56,711 nucleotides of DNA from Candidatus Pacearchaeota archaeon (GCA_018303755.1 JAGVXO010000009.1:1-56711); one strand, 5' to 3'; positions 46,532-56,281 are shown, numbered from the stretch's first letter. A program made the numbers and translations. The notes: generated by a model from the sequence alone, not told the origin.

Positions 46532-48127
46532 TTATTTTTTCTTCATATGAAAAATAACCTCTGCATATGGTTGCCTATCCCTTTCTGTTCTATTTAACAC
46601 TGGTCTTTTAAATTGCTCAACTATCTTTAATCCGCTTTTTTCTGCGATGATTGGATAAAGATTATATTTATCATTTGCAACAATAAAGAAATCCCCATTA
46701 TCTTTAATAAATCTACTTATGTTTATGAAAACCTTGCTTATCCCTTCAACATATTCCTCTTTTGCCTTTTGCCCCTGTCCCTTGAATAGAGGACCTATTT
46801 CTTTATCATCTTTTCTTGGGATGTTAAAAAGATCATAGGCATACGCATGTTGCTCATGATAATCTATTTGACCAACATAAGGCGGAGAGGTGAAAACCCC
46901 ATCTATTTTCTTTTTAGTCAATAACTTATAAAACTCAAAGTTTTTCTTTTTAACCTCTTCGAATATATTTACCTTTCTTGAATCTCCATGGATTACATTA
47001 CTAAATACATTCTTTTTTAATCTTGAAAACTCATCAATTCTACTTATTGTGTCATAGGTGTATCGTATTAAATGTTTAACAATGGAATTTATTGGGATAC
47101 ATAATTTCTTATGCTTTCTACAATAATAAGGGCCAATTTGCGGTTTTGTTAAGGTTGCCAAATCAGAATGGGTCGTAGTTCGGCACGAACGAGCAGTCCT
47201 GCTTATAATAACTCTTAAAATATTCTTTAAATCCTCATTTTCAATTTCTTTTAAAAGTTTAATATAATAAAATAATTCTTGTCTTACTCTTTTTGAAAAC
47301 CATTTATTCAAAAAGTTATTCATCTCTTTTTCATTTATTAATCCAGATTTGTCTTTTGTTCCGTTCTTTTCAAAAAATTCTTCATTTTCTTTTAGAAATT
47401 GTTTAAGCTTTTCTTCTCCATATTGTTCTTCATTATTAATCACCCCTTTCCAAACCTTTTTCTTAAATTCCGGATTAGGAAAATATTTTTTGTTGAATTC
47501 ATTCAATTTTTCTTTTAATTCCTCATCAAATGAATCGTCAAATACTTCTTGACTAAATTCTCTTGTCTTAAAACAGATATCTCTAGCTTTTTTATCTAAA
47601 ATGGATAAATTATATTTTCCAACTTTACCTTTAGAAATCAAACAATTAAAATCAGAAATATCTATTCCAATTGAATGCAAGCCCAATTCTGAAGATTGAA
47701 CAAGCGTTGTTCCACTACCCATGAATGGGTCTAATATAATCTCTCCAGATTTGAAAAAAACTTCTTTTTTGAATGTATTAAGGTGGGAATCTAAAAAGTA
47801 TTCTACTAATTGAGGAATAAACTTTCCCTTATAGGGATGTAATCTGTGTACATGTTTTGTTGTATCAGATTCCTTTAAATGAGAAAAAGACAGACCCCAG
47901 TTAAGGTCATTACCTAATCTTTTTTTCCAGGCCTCTTCTTTTTTTGTGTTTTTTTCGTAATATACTTTTAGTTCATCTAAGTTAATTGCTACATTATTTT
48001 TATAAAAGGATTTAGGGACCCTTGCGTATTGAATAAGGTATTGAATATTAGAGATAGTTATTGGCCTGCCTAAGAATTTTGTTGCCCACTCTGATGCCTC
48101 TTTTATTGATAAAAGTTCTTGACTCAT
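46532..48127 (-). CDS. Amino-DNA methyltransferase (probably N4-cytosine) with N-terminal HTH
   Basis: HPYKGKFIPQL, motif I DPFMGSGTT ahead of motif IV TSPPY. Confidence 0.9.
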   Translation of the reverse strand: MSQELLSIKEASEWATKFLGRPITISNIQYLIQYARVPKSFYKNNVAINLDELKVYYEKNTKKEEAWKKRLGNDLNWGLSFSHLKESDTTKHVHRLHPYKGKFIPQLVEYFLDSHLNTFKKEVFFKSGEIILDPFMGSGTTLVQSSELGLHSIGIDISDFNCLISKGKVGKYNLSILDKKARDICFKTREFSQEVFDDSFDEELKEKLNEFNKKYFPNPEFKKKVWKGVINNEEQYGEEKLKQFLKENEEFFEKNGTKDKSGLINEKEMNNFLNKWFSKRVRQELFYYIKLLKEIENEDLKNILRVIISRTARSCRTTTHSDLATLTKPQIGPYYCRKHKKLCIPINSIVKHLIRYTYDTISRIDEFSRLKKNVFSNVIHGDSRKVNIFEEVKKKNFEFYKLLTKKKIDGVFTSPPYVGQIDYHEQHAYAYDLFNIPRKDDKEIGPLFKGQGQKAKEEYVEGISKVFINISRFIKDNGDFFIVANDKYNLYPIIAEKSGLKIVEQFKRPVLNRTERDRQPYAEVIFHMKKK

Positions 48128-48264
48128 TTTTCCTCTTTTTTTATTTTCTCTTCCATAAAAACTTCTATACTCCGCGATAATGCAACAGCATTCTTTTTAC
48201 AAAAGTTTCTATATTCTTCATAAGTGTTTTTATCAAGACTTAATGTAACATTCTTTTGAACCAT
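48124..48264 (-). CDS. Small RHH/CopG-like protein, candidate regulator of the R-M system
   Basis: Not in the ORF track; MVQKNVTLSLDKNTYEEYRNFCKKNAVALSRSIEVFM...; its stop overlaps the MTase ATG. Confidence 0.65.
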   Translation of the reverse strand: MVQKNVTLSLDKNTYEEYRNFCKKNAVALSRSIEVFMEEKIKKEEK

Positions 48265-48407
48265 ATTACCCCCTTATTTGAATTCAAATGTAAATAAATG
48301 AATAATCTATATAAATCTTTTGGCCCATTATTAAGTGGCAAACCAAAACTCTCATAACCCTATTAACTCTAAGTTAATAACTATTAACAAATTGTAAATA
48401 GAAAAGC

Positions 48408-48510
48408 AAAAAAAGACGTAAGTGGAGAGTGAATTCCCCAAACCATTTACACGCATACACGCTGGATACTTTGCATACACAAAGGTTTTACTGGTTCAGT
48501 CCACTTACTG
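48408..48510 (-). ncRNA. Candidate ~100-nt small structured RNA
   Basis: 9-bp terminal stem (48418-26 with 48500-08); minus-strand BRE/TATA gaaaattatataa at 48531-43; T7 run just after the stem. Confidence 0.5.
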
Positions 48511-48574
48511 AAATCTAATGGCCCGAGGGTTTATATAATTTTCGGGTTTGATGTTTGATAGCTATGTGTAAAAA

Positions 48575-48724
48575 CTAGTGCTTGACTTTTAGTTTTTTAA
48601 GCAAAGTATCGGCTGTGCCGATATAGTAAATAACTCTTTGCTTAACTTTTCCTTTAACTAAATAGCTTTCAACGATATAATAATAGTTTTTTCCTCTGAA
48701 TTGTTTCTTCCTGATAAATACCAT
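48575..48724 (-). CDS. 49-aa basic ORF inside the IS, resembling the N-terminus of IS1634-type transposases
   Basis: MVFIRKKQFRGKNYYYIVESYLVKGKVKQRVIYYIG... Confidence 0.6.
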   Translation of the reverse strand: MVFIRKKQFRGKNYYYIVESYLVKGKVKQRVIYYIGTADTLLKKLKVKH

Positions 48725-48833
48725 ATGATTATATACCCTTGAAGGTTATAAATATTTGTTAGGCATTATAGTATATAAATGTTGTTAATCTATCTTTAGT
48801 AAAGTATATTATCTTATTAGGCATTATACTGAG

Positions 48834-49763
48834 ATGGTTAAGAAAAAGAGGTGGCCAAGAGATGAAGTTTTATATAATAAAGTTCAAGAGTCAGAATTCT
48901 TGAATTTCTTTGAATTTGTGAGATATCTCACAAATTATATTTGTAAAGGAAGAAAAATGAAAAGTATGATTCAATGTTTATTAATCTGGAGAAAATTTCC
49001 AAATTTATCTGTAAGAAGAGCAAGAGGATTTCTCCTCTTGCTTAGAAGATTTGATATAATTTCTATTGATATTCCCTGTTTTAAAACATTATCAAATTAC
49101 AATGAAAACAATTCATTGCAGATAATTTTAGACAAATTAATAGAAAAAAGCTCTAAACCCTTATCCATTATTGAGCATGATTTTGCAACTGATTCAACTG
49201 GAATAAGGACTCAGTTATTTTCAACTTGGTTTAGTTTAAGATGCAAAAAAAGAATTAGAAGAAGAGATCACCTAACAGTGCATACTACTATTGGAGTTAA
49301 AAGCGGGATTGTAACTGCACTTAATATTGGGATAAACCAAGGAAAAGATAACAAAATTTTCAGAGAGCATGTTGATAAAACCTCTGAAAATTTTAAGGTT
49401 AATGAATGGTCTGGAGATGGAATGTACTGGTGCAAAAAGAATTGTAAAAAAGTTTCAGAAAAAGGCGGTAAGCCATATTTCAAATGCAAATCTTCTTGGA
49501 ATGGAAAGCAAGATGGCTTCCCATCTTGGAAAGAAATGAATAAAGATTTTGTAGAAAATAAAGAAGATTATGACAAACATTATCATAAGAGAAGTAATGT
49601 TGAATCAACAAATCACAGCAAGAAAGCATTGCATGGGAATTCGGTTTATTCTCGCCTGCCATCAGATAGGATAAACGAAGAAACTTTAAGATGGATTAAC
49701 TATAATATTAATGTTCTAAATCGGGCTAAATATGAATGGGATATTAATCCCTTAAGGGATTAA
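48834..49763 (+). CDS. DDE transposase (IS4/IS5-like)
   Basis: FATDSTG, WSGDGMY, YHKRSNVES (YREK-like) catalytic motifs. Confidence 0.88.
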   Translation: MVKKKRWPRDEVLYNKVQESEFLNFFEFVRYLTNYICKGRKMKSMIQCLLIWRKFPNLSVRRARGFLLLLRRFDIISIDIPCFKTLSNYNENNSLQIILDKLIEKSSKPLSIIEHDFATDSTGIRTQLFSTWFSLRCKKRIRRRDHLTVHTTIGVKSGIVTALNIGINQGKDNKIFREHVDKTSENFKVNEWSGDGMYWCKKNCKKVSEKGGKPYFKCKSSWNGKQDGFPSWKEMNKDFVENKEDYDKHYHKRSNVESTNHSKKALHGNSVYSRLPSDRINEETLRWINYNINVLNRAKYEWDINPLRD

Positions 49764-49775
49764 TTTACACATAGC

Positions 49776-49910
49776 CGCTCACTTAGATAATTTTTTAAAC
49801 CCTATACCATTTGTACATTGGCTATTTAAATAATTTAATCCATTTAAAAATAATAAAACACCAATGCGCTAACTTAAGGTAAGGAAAAGTTATTGAATGC
49901 TAGCAAAAAT
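49776..49910 (-). repeat. Modular intergenic repeat copy, truncated at the right end of the IS
   Basis: cgctcacttagataatt...tttgtacattgg...aataaaacaccaatg...taaggaaaagttattgaatgctagcaaaaa. Confidence 0.7.
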
Positions 49911-49947
49911 TAGCAAATCTTTAATAATCCACACTCCCTAAAGCATT

Positions 49948-50218
49948 ATGAAAAAATCTCATCATAATTATTACATTAATTTATAATCTCAATTATCTCA
50001 ATAAATTTTATCAGCAGACAAGACCAGCTACAGAATCTGAAAAGCAGATTATAACTGAAATTCTCAACAAAAGCATGAACATTAATGGATATGAAATAAA
50101 AATTGGAAATGTTTATGAGTCAAAACATGCCTCATTGGTCCAAGTTGAAATTATAAAAGACAATTCAAAAAAACATTATCTAATTGATATTGAAAAAAGA
50201 AGGATAATAAAAAAATAA
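49948..50218 (+). pseudogene. Small frameshifted ORF
   Basis: The ATG at 49948 is out of frame, at an A6 run, with a long open frame (NLIIIITLIY...YLIDIEKRRIIKK*) that ends 1 bp before the next gene. Confidence 0.4.
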
Positions 50219-50219
50219 T

Positions 50220-50963
50220 ATGGGTGCAAAAAAGAAATTTTATATATTCCTGTCATTTGTTCTTATTTCTTTATTAACGGCTGTACTCTCAGGATATTTT
50301 GGAATAAATCTCTCGCTTGTTGAAAATTTCATATCGATAAATCATTACCTTGCAATATTTCTTTACACCATCTTATTCACCCTGCTCACAACATTTGCTT
50401 TTTCATCAAATGCCCTAATTGGAATGTCTGCCTTGTTCTTTTCATCATATGAAGCAATTTTTTATTCAATGATTGGAATAATGGCAAGCTCAATAATTGA
50501 TTTTTATATCTCGCGCAAGCTTGGAAGAAATTATGTAAGAAACTATCTGGAAAAGCACGGCGGAGCATTGGAAAAATTTGATGAAATACTTGAAAAAGAC
50601 ACTTTTAAAACACTTCTTATTCTAAGTATCATTTTTTTTGTTCCAAGGATAATTCCCAATCTGCTTGGAGGAATTGTAAAAATAAATTTGAAAAAATATG
50701 CCCTTGCAACATTTTTAGGAAATCTTCCGACAGTTATCTGCATAGTCTATCTTATTAATGGAATATCCTACTCAAATTATCTGCAGATTTATGCTTCGGT
50801 TGCAGGATTGGTTTTAGTAAGCCTGGTTGCAATATATTTTTATAAAGGTGAAATGAACCATATTCTAAGATTAAGCTTTCCAAGCCTGGTTGCAATATAT
50901 TTTTATAAAGGTGAAATGAACCATATTCTAAGATTAAGCTTTCCGTGGATGTTTAGAAGATAA
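50220..50963 (+). CDS. TVP38/VTT (DedA superfamily) membrane protein
   Basis: FYISRKLGR, YALATFLGNLP; exact 63-bp tandem duplication at 50819-50944. Confidence 0.85.
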   Translation: MGAKKKFYIFLSFVLISLLTAVLSGYFGINLSLVENFISINHYLAIFLYTILFTLLTTFAFSSNALIGMSALFFSSYEAIFYSMIGIMASSIIDFYISRKLGRNYVRNYLEKHGGALEKFDEILEKDTFKTLLILSIIFFVPRIIPNLLGGIVKINLKKYALATFLGNLPTVICIVYLINGISYSNYLQIYASVAGLVLVSLVAIYFYKGEMNHILRLSFPSLVAIYFYKGEMNHILRLSFPWMFRR

Positions 50964-50972
50964 TAGTTAAAA

Positions 50973-51560
50973 CTATTTTTTTAAAAGTTTGATAATAACA
51001 ATCAAAAGAACAGCAGTTAAAAAGACAATCAAAGCAATATAAAGAGGCAAGTTAGCAGTTGGAGAATTTTTATCAAAATCATTTTCCTGAATTAAATCAT
51101 TCCAAATAAGATTAACTAATGCTCCACTACTGCATGTTGGTACTGGACATGGATTACCTGCTCCATCTTCTGCATTTTCTCTACCAGTAACATATCCGGT
51201 CCATCTATCCTCATGGGCAACAGCCTTATAATGAAGAGTACATCCTATCTGTTCATTTTGTTTTTTAACCTCTTCTAAAAATATTTCATATTCCTCTTGT
51301 GTTTGTTCCATTACAAAATATCCATTTATCACAAAATTTTTTATAACTGGAATATCTTCATCACTAAATCCACAAGCATCCTTATTTTGATTTAATAAAA
51401 GAATAATCGCGCTCTCATTCTGATAAGTATCATAATCTAAATTTAAATTGCACCCATTTTTAGTTTCTATTTTAGGGAAAGAAATGCATGCAAATACCAA
51501 ACTGCTGGACAAAATTAAAAAAATAAATGCTGCTGATGCTAAAAATGTTCTCTGTTTCAT
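50973..51560 (-). CDS. Exported protein with a C-terminal membrane anchor
   Basis: Signal peptide, several Cys, C-terminal TM followed by KK. Confidence 0.65.
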   Translation of the reverse strand: MKQRTFLASAAFIFLILSSSLVFACISFPKIETKNGCNLNLDYDTYQNESAIILLLNQNKDACGFSDEDIPVIKNFVINGYFVMEQTQEEYEIFLEEVKKQNEQIGCTLHYKAVAHEDRWTGYVTGRENAEDGAGNPCPVPTCSSGALVNLIWNDLIQENDFDKNSPTANLPLYIALIVFLTAVLLIVIIKLLKK

Positions 51561-51626
51561 AGAATTAATTAATAAATATGCTTAATAAATCTATTGAAGA
51601 CTTCAAAGATAATTGAAACTATTCGG

Positions 51627-52251
51627 CTATTCTTCCTGCTCAAAATCTTCGCTTTTTACTGGCTCTTTCTTGTCGCCAACATTTTCTTTCATTACCTTTA
51701 AATCGCTTGTTGTAACCTGATTCAAATTTGCATTTTCTATATTAAAAAAATTCTCCTGTTTTGGCTGTTGCTTAAATAACTGCACTCCAAGAAACTGCTC
51801 GAGTTTTTTAATCAACCGTTCATAATTTACAGGAAGATTTATTTACAGGAAGATTTGCCTTTTCTGCCATTGCAATCACAATTTCTGGCTCTGCAATTGA
51901 TTCTCCAAGCTGTTTCTGGGATATTTTTCTGAATCTGCGTGCCTGCTGGATATTCCAGTGGAAATTATCAACTAAATCTTTGTACTCTCCTGGCTTGATG
52001 TTTTCTGCAACAATTTTTTTCAATTCATTATTTACTTTATCTGGCTTGTGTATTCTTCGCATTTCATTCATTAATCTTTCATTAACTCCAAGAAACCTGT
52101 TTGCTCTTGATATCTGCTCATTAGTTGGATGATTAATCCTCGGAAAAGAATTCTTTTCAGCGCATTTAAGGCATACAATAGAAATATTTGCTCCAGTAAC
52201 TACTTCAATTAAATCATTTTCATCACCGCATAAAAAACATTCCTGTGCCAT
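51627..52251 (-). pseudogene. MBF1-like zinc-ribbon plus HTH protein, split by a 16-bp duplication (possibly an assembly error)
   Basis: CFLCG...VCLKC, IQQARRFRKISQKQLGE; removing one copy at 51825-51856 restores ANLPVNYERLIKKLEQFLGV. Confidence 0.75.
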
Positions 52252-52294
52252 AAATAACCTAAAAAGGGGGGGTTTTTATTGTTTTTGATACTAT

Positions 52295-52960
52295 TTATTC
52301 TAAGTATTTTTCAAGCTCGTCGGCTGACTGAAGGTTATAAATTACATTATCTCTGTTTATGATCACAGAAGGAAAAATAGTCACATTATAAATCTTTATA
52401 ATCTGCTCAAGTGAGCCAACATCATTATTTGCTGCAATAGGAATTAAAATCACCTCTGAACCTTTCTTCTGTTTTAGTTCAAAAAGCACCTTGCCCCAAA
52501 CATTTTGTTTTGCTCTTATGGTTAAATCTTCTGGATCAAGAAGATAAAAATAAACGACTGTGTTAAAATTATTGCATTTCTGATTTGCCTGCAGAGTTTT
52601 TATCCAAAGAATAGTCCTCATTGTGTCATACTTTCTATGAATTGCTTTAATTGAACTGCTTAATTTTGTTGAATCTTCAAATTGATCCAGTTGCTTAGCT
52701 TCTAAATAAATTTTGTCTGCAAAAGAACCAAGAACATTTCTTGTTTGCTCACACGAAATATTTTCACTATTTATAAATTCAGTAAAAGCAATTGTATCAA
52801 AAAGCGCTGCCTCTGAATTATAAAATAAAGCATTTGAATTATCTGAACGAATCTGCTCAAAATAAATGCCTAAAACAATTCCTATACCAAATACAAGGAT
52901 AGTTACAAAAAGCGCCTCCCAAAAAACATGATATTTGCTCTTTAGCATTTTTATCTCCAA
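52295..52960 (-). CDS. Membrane-anchored conserved hypothetical protein (possible thioredoxin-like C-terminus)
   Basis: N-terminal TM; VVYFY...YNVTIFPSVIIN. Confidence 0.65.
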   Translation of the reverse strand: MEIKMLKSKYHVFWEALFVTILVFGIGIVLGIYFEQIRSDNSNALFYNSEAALFDTIAFTEFINSENISCEQTRNVLGSFADKIYLEAKQLDQFEDSTKLSSSIKAIHRKYDTMRTILWIKTLQANQKCNNFNTVVYFYLLDPEDLTIRAKQNVWGKVLFELKQKKGSEVILIPIAANNDVGSLEQIIKIYNVTIFPSVIINRDNVIYNLQSADELEKYLE

Positions 52961-54180
52961 GTATATCCCCCGACTACAAATTTATAAAATGCAAATGCAA
53001 GCACAATTGGATAAACAGTCATATAGATTAATGAATAAAAAGCAAGGCTAAAAAACCTTTCGTTGCCTCCTGTTTTTTTGTTTATAAAATGCAAAGAGAA
53101 TAAAATAAAAAGAATGCCGAGAATAAAAGCCGTTATTCCAAAAAAATGAAGTATTGAAGGATGAAGGTTTATATCTTGCATAGAGAGAAGAACAGCATTA
53201 GAAGTAATTGAGTATTCTGTAGATAAATAAGATACAATAAATCCTCGAATAAACCTGTATGAAAAAAGCCCTAAACCAAGAAAACCAAGAATAAGAGAAA
53301 GTGAAAAAAAGGGAAGTATGAAAAAACCAAGCATGCCTTTTTTCGTAATAGAAGCCTTATATTTCAGCATTGTCTGCATTCCTCCAACACCCCATCTTGT
53401 TCTCTGCTTGAACCATTTTTTAATTGTGTCTGGTGAAACAGTTGAAGCATAGGAATCAAAAGACATTCTTATTTTATAGCCATTATAAACTAATTTCCAG
53501 GTTAATTCAATATCCTCAGTCATATTTTTCGTATCAAATCCTCCGACAGAAATAAGCACCTTTTTATCATAAATCGCAAGCGGGCCTGGAGTAACATAAA
53601 TCGAGTCTACAAATCCAAGAAGTTTTCTTGTAAAGGCAATTACTTTATACTCAATTGCCTGCATTCTCTGAATAAAATTCTTAGGCTCTCTTACAATAAT
53701 GCTTGTTGTAACTGCTCCAACACCCTCTTCATTAAAAAATCCAATCATCTTCGAAATTGCATCACTTCTTGGATAAGAATCAGCATCAACAACAGCAGCA
53801 TAATCAGATTTAATCAGTTTTAATGCCTGATTAATTGAATCAGCTTTTCCAGAATTTAGCTTGTTAAACAATTGAACCTTTTTGTATTTTTTTTCAAGTT
53901 CGGCAGAGATTTTTTCAGTATCATCTTTAGAACCATCATTTACAATAATCACCTTCTCTAAATAAGGATAATCAGATGCGAGCACTGCTTCAACAGTCCC
54001 TTTAACACTATCCTGCTCATTATATGCTGGAATTACAACGCTCAAGCTGTAATTTTTAAGCGGTTTTGGGCATTCAAACACCTCTTTTCTGTTCTGCACA
54101 AAAATAAGAACAAACAAAAATAAAAAATAAAATGCCGCAAACATATATGCCAAATAAATTGCTGTAAGTAATTCCACCAT
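52951..54180 (-). CDS. GT2 processive glycosyltransferase
   Basis: IPAYNE, VNDGSKD, VVDADS, TED, QRTRW (QxxRW). Confidence 0.93.
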   Translation of the reverse strand: MVELLTAIYLAYMFAAFYFLFLFVLIFVQNRKEVFECPKPLKNYSLSVVIPAYNEQDSVKGTVEAVLASDYPYLEKVIIVNDGSKDDTEKISAELEKKYKKVQLFNKLNSGKADSINQALKLIKSDYAAVVDADSYPRSDAISKMIGFFNEEGVGAVTTSIIVREPKNFIQRMQAIEYKVIAFTRKLLGFVDSIYVTPGPLAIYDKKVLISVGGFDTKNMTEDIELTWKLVYNGYKIRMSFDSYASTVSPDTIKKWFKQRTRWGVGGMQTMLKYKASITKKGMLGFFILPFFSLSLILGFLGLGLFSYRFIRGFIVSYLSTEYSITSNAVLLSMQDINLHPSILHFFGITAFILGILFILFSLHFINKKTGGNERFFSLAFYSLIYMTVYPIVLAFAFYKFVVGGYTWR

Positions 54181-54212
54181 TAAATATCAAATAACAGGGC
54201 GTTTTTTAACCT

Positions 54213-54896
54213 TTATGCTCTAATAATAGCATTGTCCGTAGGAGTAGTATTTTCATTATCTTTATTTAATTCACTATCAGGCAGATTACTCTCCTTTTCA
54301 CTATCTGCTTTTTTCAAACTTCTCTCCTTTACATTAAAATAATCATAAAATTCGTCGCTTAATGCTAACTCTCTTGTTCTTCCGAGTTTTTTGGATTTTA
54401 CAAGTCCTAATTCTACAAACCTTTTAACGTGGTCATAAGCTTTGTTTCCTCGTACAGAAATTATTTTTGCCTGTGTGATTGGATGCTTATAGGCAATAAT
54501 TGCAAGAGTTTCCTGTTCTGCTTTTGTGAATTCATTGCTTCCTCCTGCAAGTTTATTTGCCATATCATGATAAGATGATTTGACATCCATTTTCCATAAA
54601 TCTCCTTTATTAATAACCTCTATTGCATAACTATCATTATACCTCTCTGCAAGTTCAGAAAGTGTCCTGTTAAGGAGTATTGGATTTAAATCAGTCAGAG
54701 CAACAAGCTCCTGCACAGAAAGAAATTTTCCTGCAACAAAAAGCGCTGCCTCAACCTTTTTCAAATTTTCAGCATCTCTTGCCTCATCTGCCTCTTCATA
54801 GCTCTTTTTCTCTCTAACTTCTTTTACTTCTTTTTTTATTTCATCTTCAGAATTTTCTTGTTCTTTCATTATTTCGCTCTCCTCAGTTTGTTTCAT
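54213..54896 (-). CDS. scpB: SMC-Scp complex subunit ScpB
   Basis: VEAALFVAG, ETLAIIAYKHPITQ...RG, FYDYF. Confidence 0.92.
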   Translation of the reverse strand: MKQTEESEIMKEQENSEDEIKKEVKEVREKKSYEEADEARDAENLKKVEAALFVAGKFLSVQELVALTDLNPILLNRTLSELAERYNDSYAIEVINKGDLWKMDVKSSYHDMANKLAGGSNEFTKAEQETLAIIAYKHPITQAKIISVRGNKAYDHVKRFVELGLVKSKKLGRTRELALSDEFYDYFNVKERSLKKADSEKESNLPDSELNKDNENTTPTDNAIIRA

Positions 54897-54959
54897 TAAT
54901 AGATAAAACAAGCAGGGTTTAAAAAGAGTTTTATGGTTGAAATACACCCTAAAATTAAT

Positions 54960-55153
54960 TCTTCTAACATCCCATAACTTTCTCTTATTTAATGTTTGTT
55001 CATTGGTGTTTTTTATTTAAAGTCCAATTTGCGAAATATTCTAATTGAAATAGGTAAAATTTTATGTACAAACAGATAAGGATTTGCAGAATAAACAAGC
55101 GAGGCGAAGCCGAGCCACTAATTGTACTTGTGGCGAGCCCGCAGGCGAGCCAA
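54960..55153 (+). repeat. Modular intergenic repeat family, full-length copy
   Basis: ctaacatcccataactttctcttattt / cattggtgttttttatt / gataaggatttgcagaataaacaagcgaggcgaagccgagcc...ggcgagcccgcaggcgagccaa. Confidence 0.82.
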
Positions 55154-55213
55154 ACTCAAACCAAAAATAATCAGCAAAACATTTATAAACATATAACCAC
55201 TATATAATTCACT

Positions 55214-55429
55214 ATGGAAACTACAATACAAATAAGCAAGGAGTTGCTTAATAAACTTGCTGAAATGAAAATGCATGAAAAAGAAAGTTATGAAAGTATA
55301 ATATGGGACTTAATAGAAGACAGGCTTGAATTTTCAGGAGAAACAAAAAGAAATATTGCAAATTCTGAAATTGAAATAATGGCAGGAAAAACAATTTCTC
55401 TTGATACAATCAAGAAAAAAATGAGGTAA
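55214..55429 (+). CDS. RHH-type antitoxin
   Basis: METTIQISKE...ESYESII; upstream of a RelE gene. Confidence 0.8.
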   Translation: METTIQISKELLNKLAEMKMHEKESYESIIWDLIEDRLEFSGETKRNIANSEIEIMAGKTISLDTIKKKMR

Positions 55430-55430
55430 A

Positions 55431-55679
55431 ATGTATTCTGTTGAATTTTCAGAAACAGCGAACAGGCAGTTCGATAAACTGGAAAAAGGCATTCAATTAA
55501 GAGTTGTAAATGTTCTAGAAAGAATAAAAATCAGGCCTTATCATTTTATAAAAAGAAAAGAAGGAACAAATTATTTTATAGCAAGGATAGGCGAGCATAG
55601 GGCAATCCTTAGCATAGATGATGCAAGAAAAATAATTTTTGTTCTTGAAGTCGGACATAGAAAAAAGGTTTATGATTAA
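55431..55679 (+). CDS. RelE/ParE-family toxin
   Basis: MYSVEFSETA...RIGEHRAI...VGHRKKVY. Confidence 0.88.
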   Translation: MYSVEFSETANRQFDKLEKGIQLRVVNVLERIKIRPYHFIKRKEGTNYFIARIGEHRAILSIDDARKIIFVLEVGHRKKVYD

Positions 55680-55750
55680 ATTTTTTATCTTATCAAAGAA
55701 TCCTTTAGATTATAGGAAACTTTATAAACTATAGCTTCCTATGGTTAGCT

Positions 55751-56020
55751 ATGGTTACTACAATACAAATAGAAGAAAAATTAAAAGATAAATTAGACAA
55801 ACTTAAAGTTCATCATAGAGAATCTTATAATGATTTAATAGTTCGGCTTATCAATTCTTTTTCTCCCAATAATTTTGATAAAGAAAGCTTGATAGAAACA
55901 ATTGAAATTTTATCAGATCCAGATACAATGCGGGCTATTGCAGAATCTCTCGAAGAGTATGAAAAGGGAAGAGGCATAGAATTTTTCAAATTAAAAAAAG
56001 AGCTCAAATTAAATGTATAA
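55751..56020 (+). CDS. RHH-type antitoxin
   Basis: MVTTIQI...ESYNDLI...ETIEILSDP. Confidence 0.8.
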   Translation: MVTTIQIEEKLKDKLDKLKVHHRESYNDLIVRLINSFSPNNFDKESLIETIEILSDPDTMRAIAESLEEYEKGRGIEFFKLKKELKLNV

Positions 56021-56264
56021 AATAATTCTTGAAAAACAACCAGAGAACTTTTTAAGAAAGCTTGATAAAATAGAACAGGAAAGAATAGCAAAGAAATTAA
56101 ATTTTCTTGAGGATAATCCTTATTTGGGCAAACCTTTAATCGGGAAATTATCGGGATTATGGAGTTTGCGAATTGGAGATTATAGGGCAATATATCGATT
56201 GAATAATGAGGAACTTATAATTTTAATTTTAAAGATAGGGCATAGAAAGAATATTTATGATTAA
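56013..56264 (+). CDS. RelE/ParE-family toxin
   Basis: GKPL.GKLSGLWSLRIGDYRAIY...IGHRKNIY. Confidence 0.9.
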   Translation: MYKIILEKQPENFLRKLDKIEQERIAKKLNFLEDNPYLGKPLIGKLSGLWSLRIGDYRAIYRLNNEELIILILKIGHRKNIYD

Positions 56265-56281
56265 TCTTCCGTATATGTTTA

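Larger units (their letters stand above)
48561..49775. mobile_element. Insertion sequence (~1.2 kb) with 12-bp terminal inverted repeats
   Basis: gctatgtgtaaa (48561-72) and tttacacatagc (49764-75) enclose a DDE transposase; no target-site duplication seen. Confidence 0.8.
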
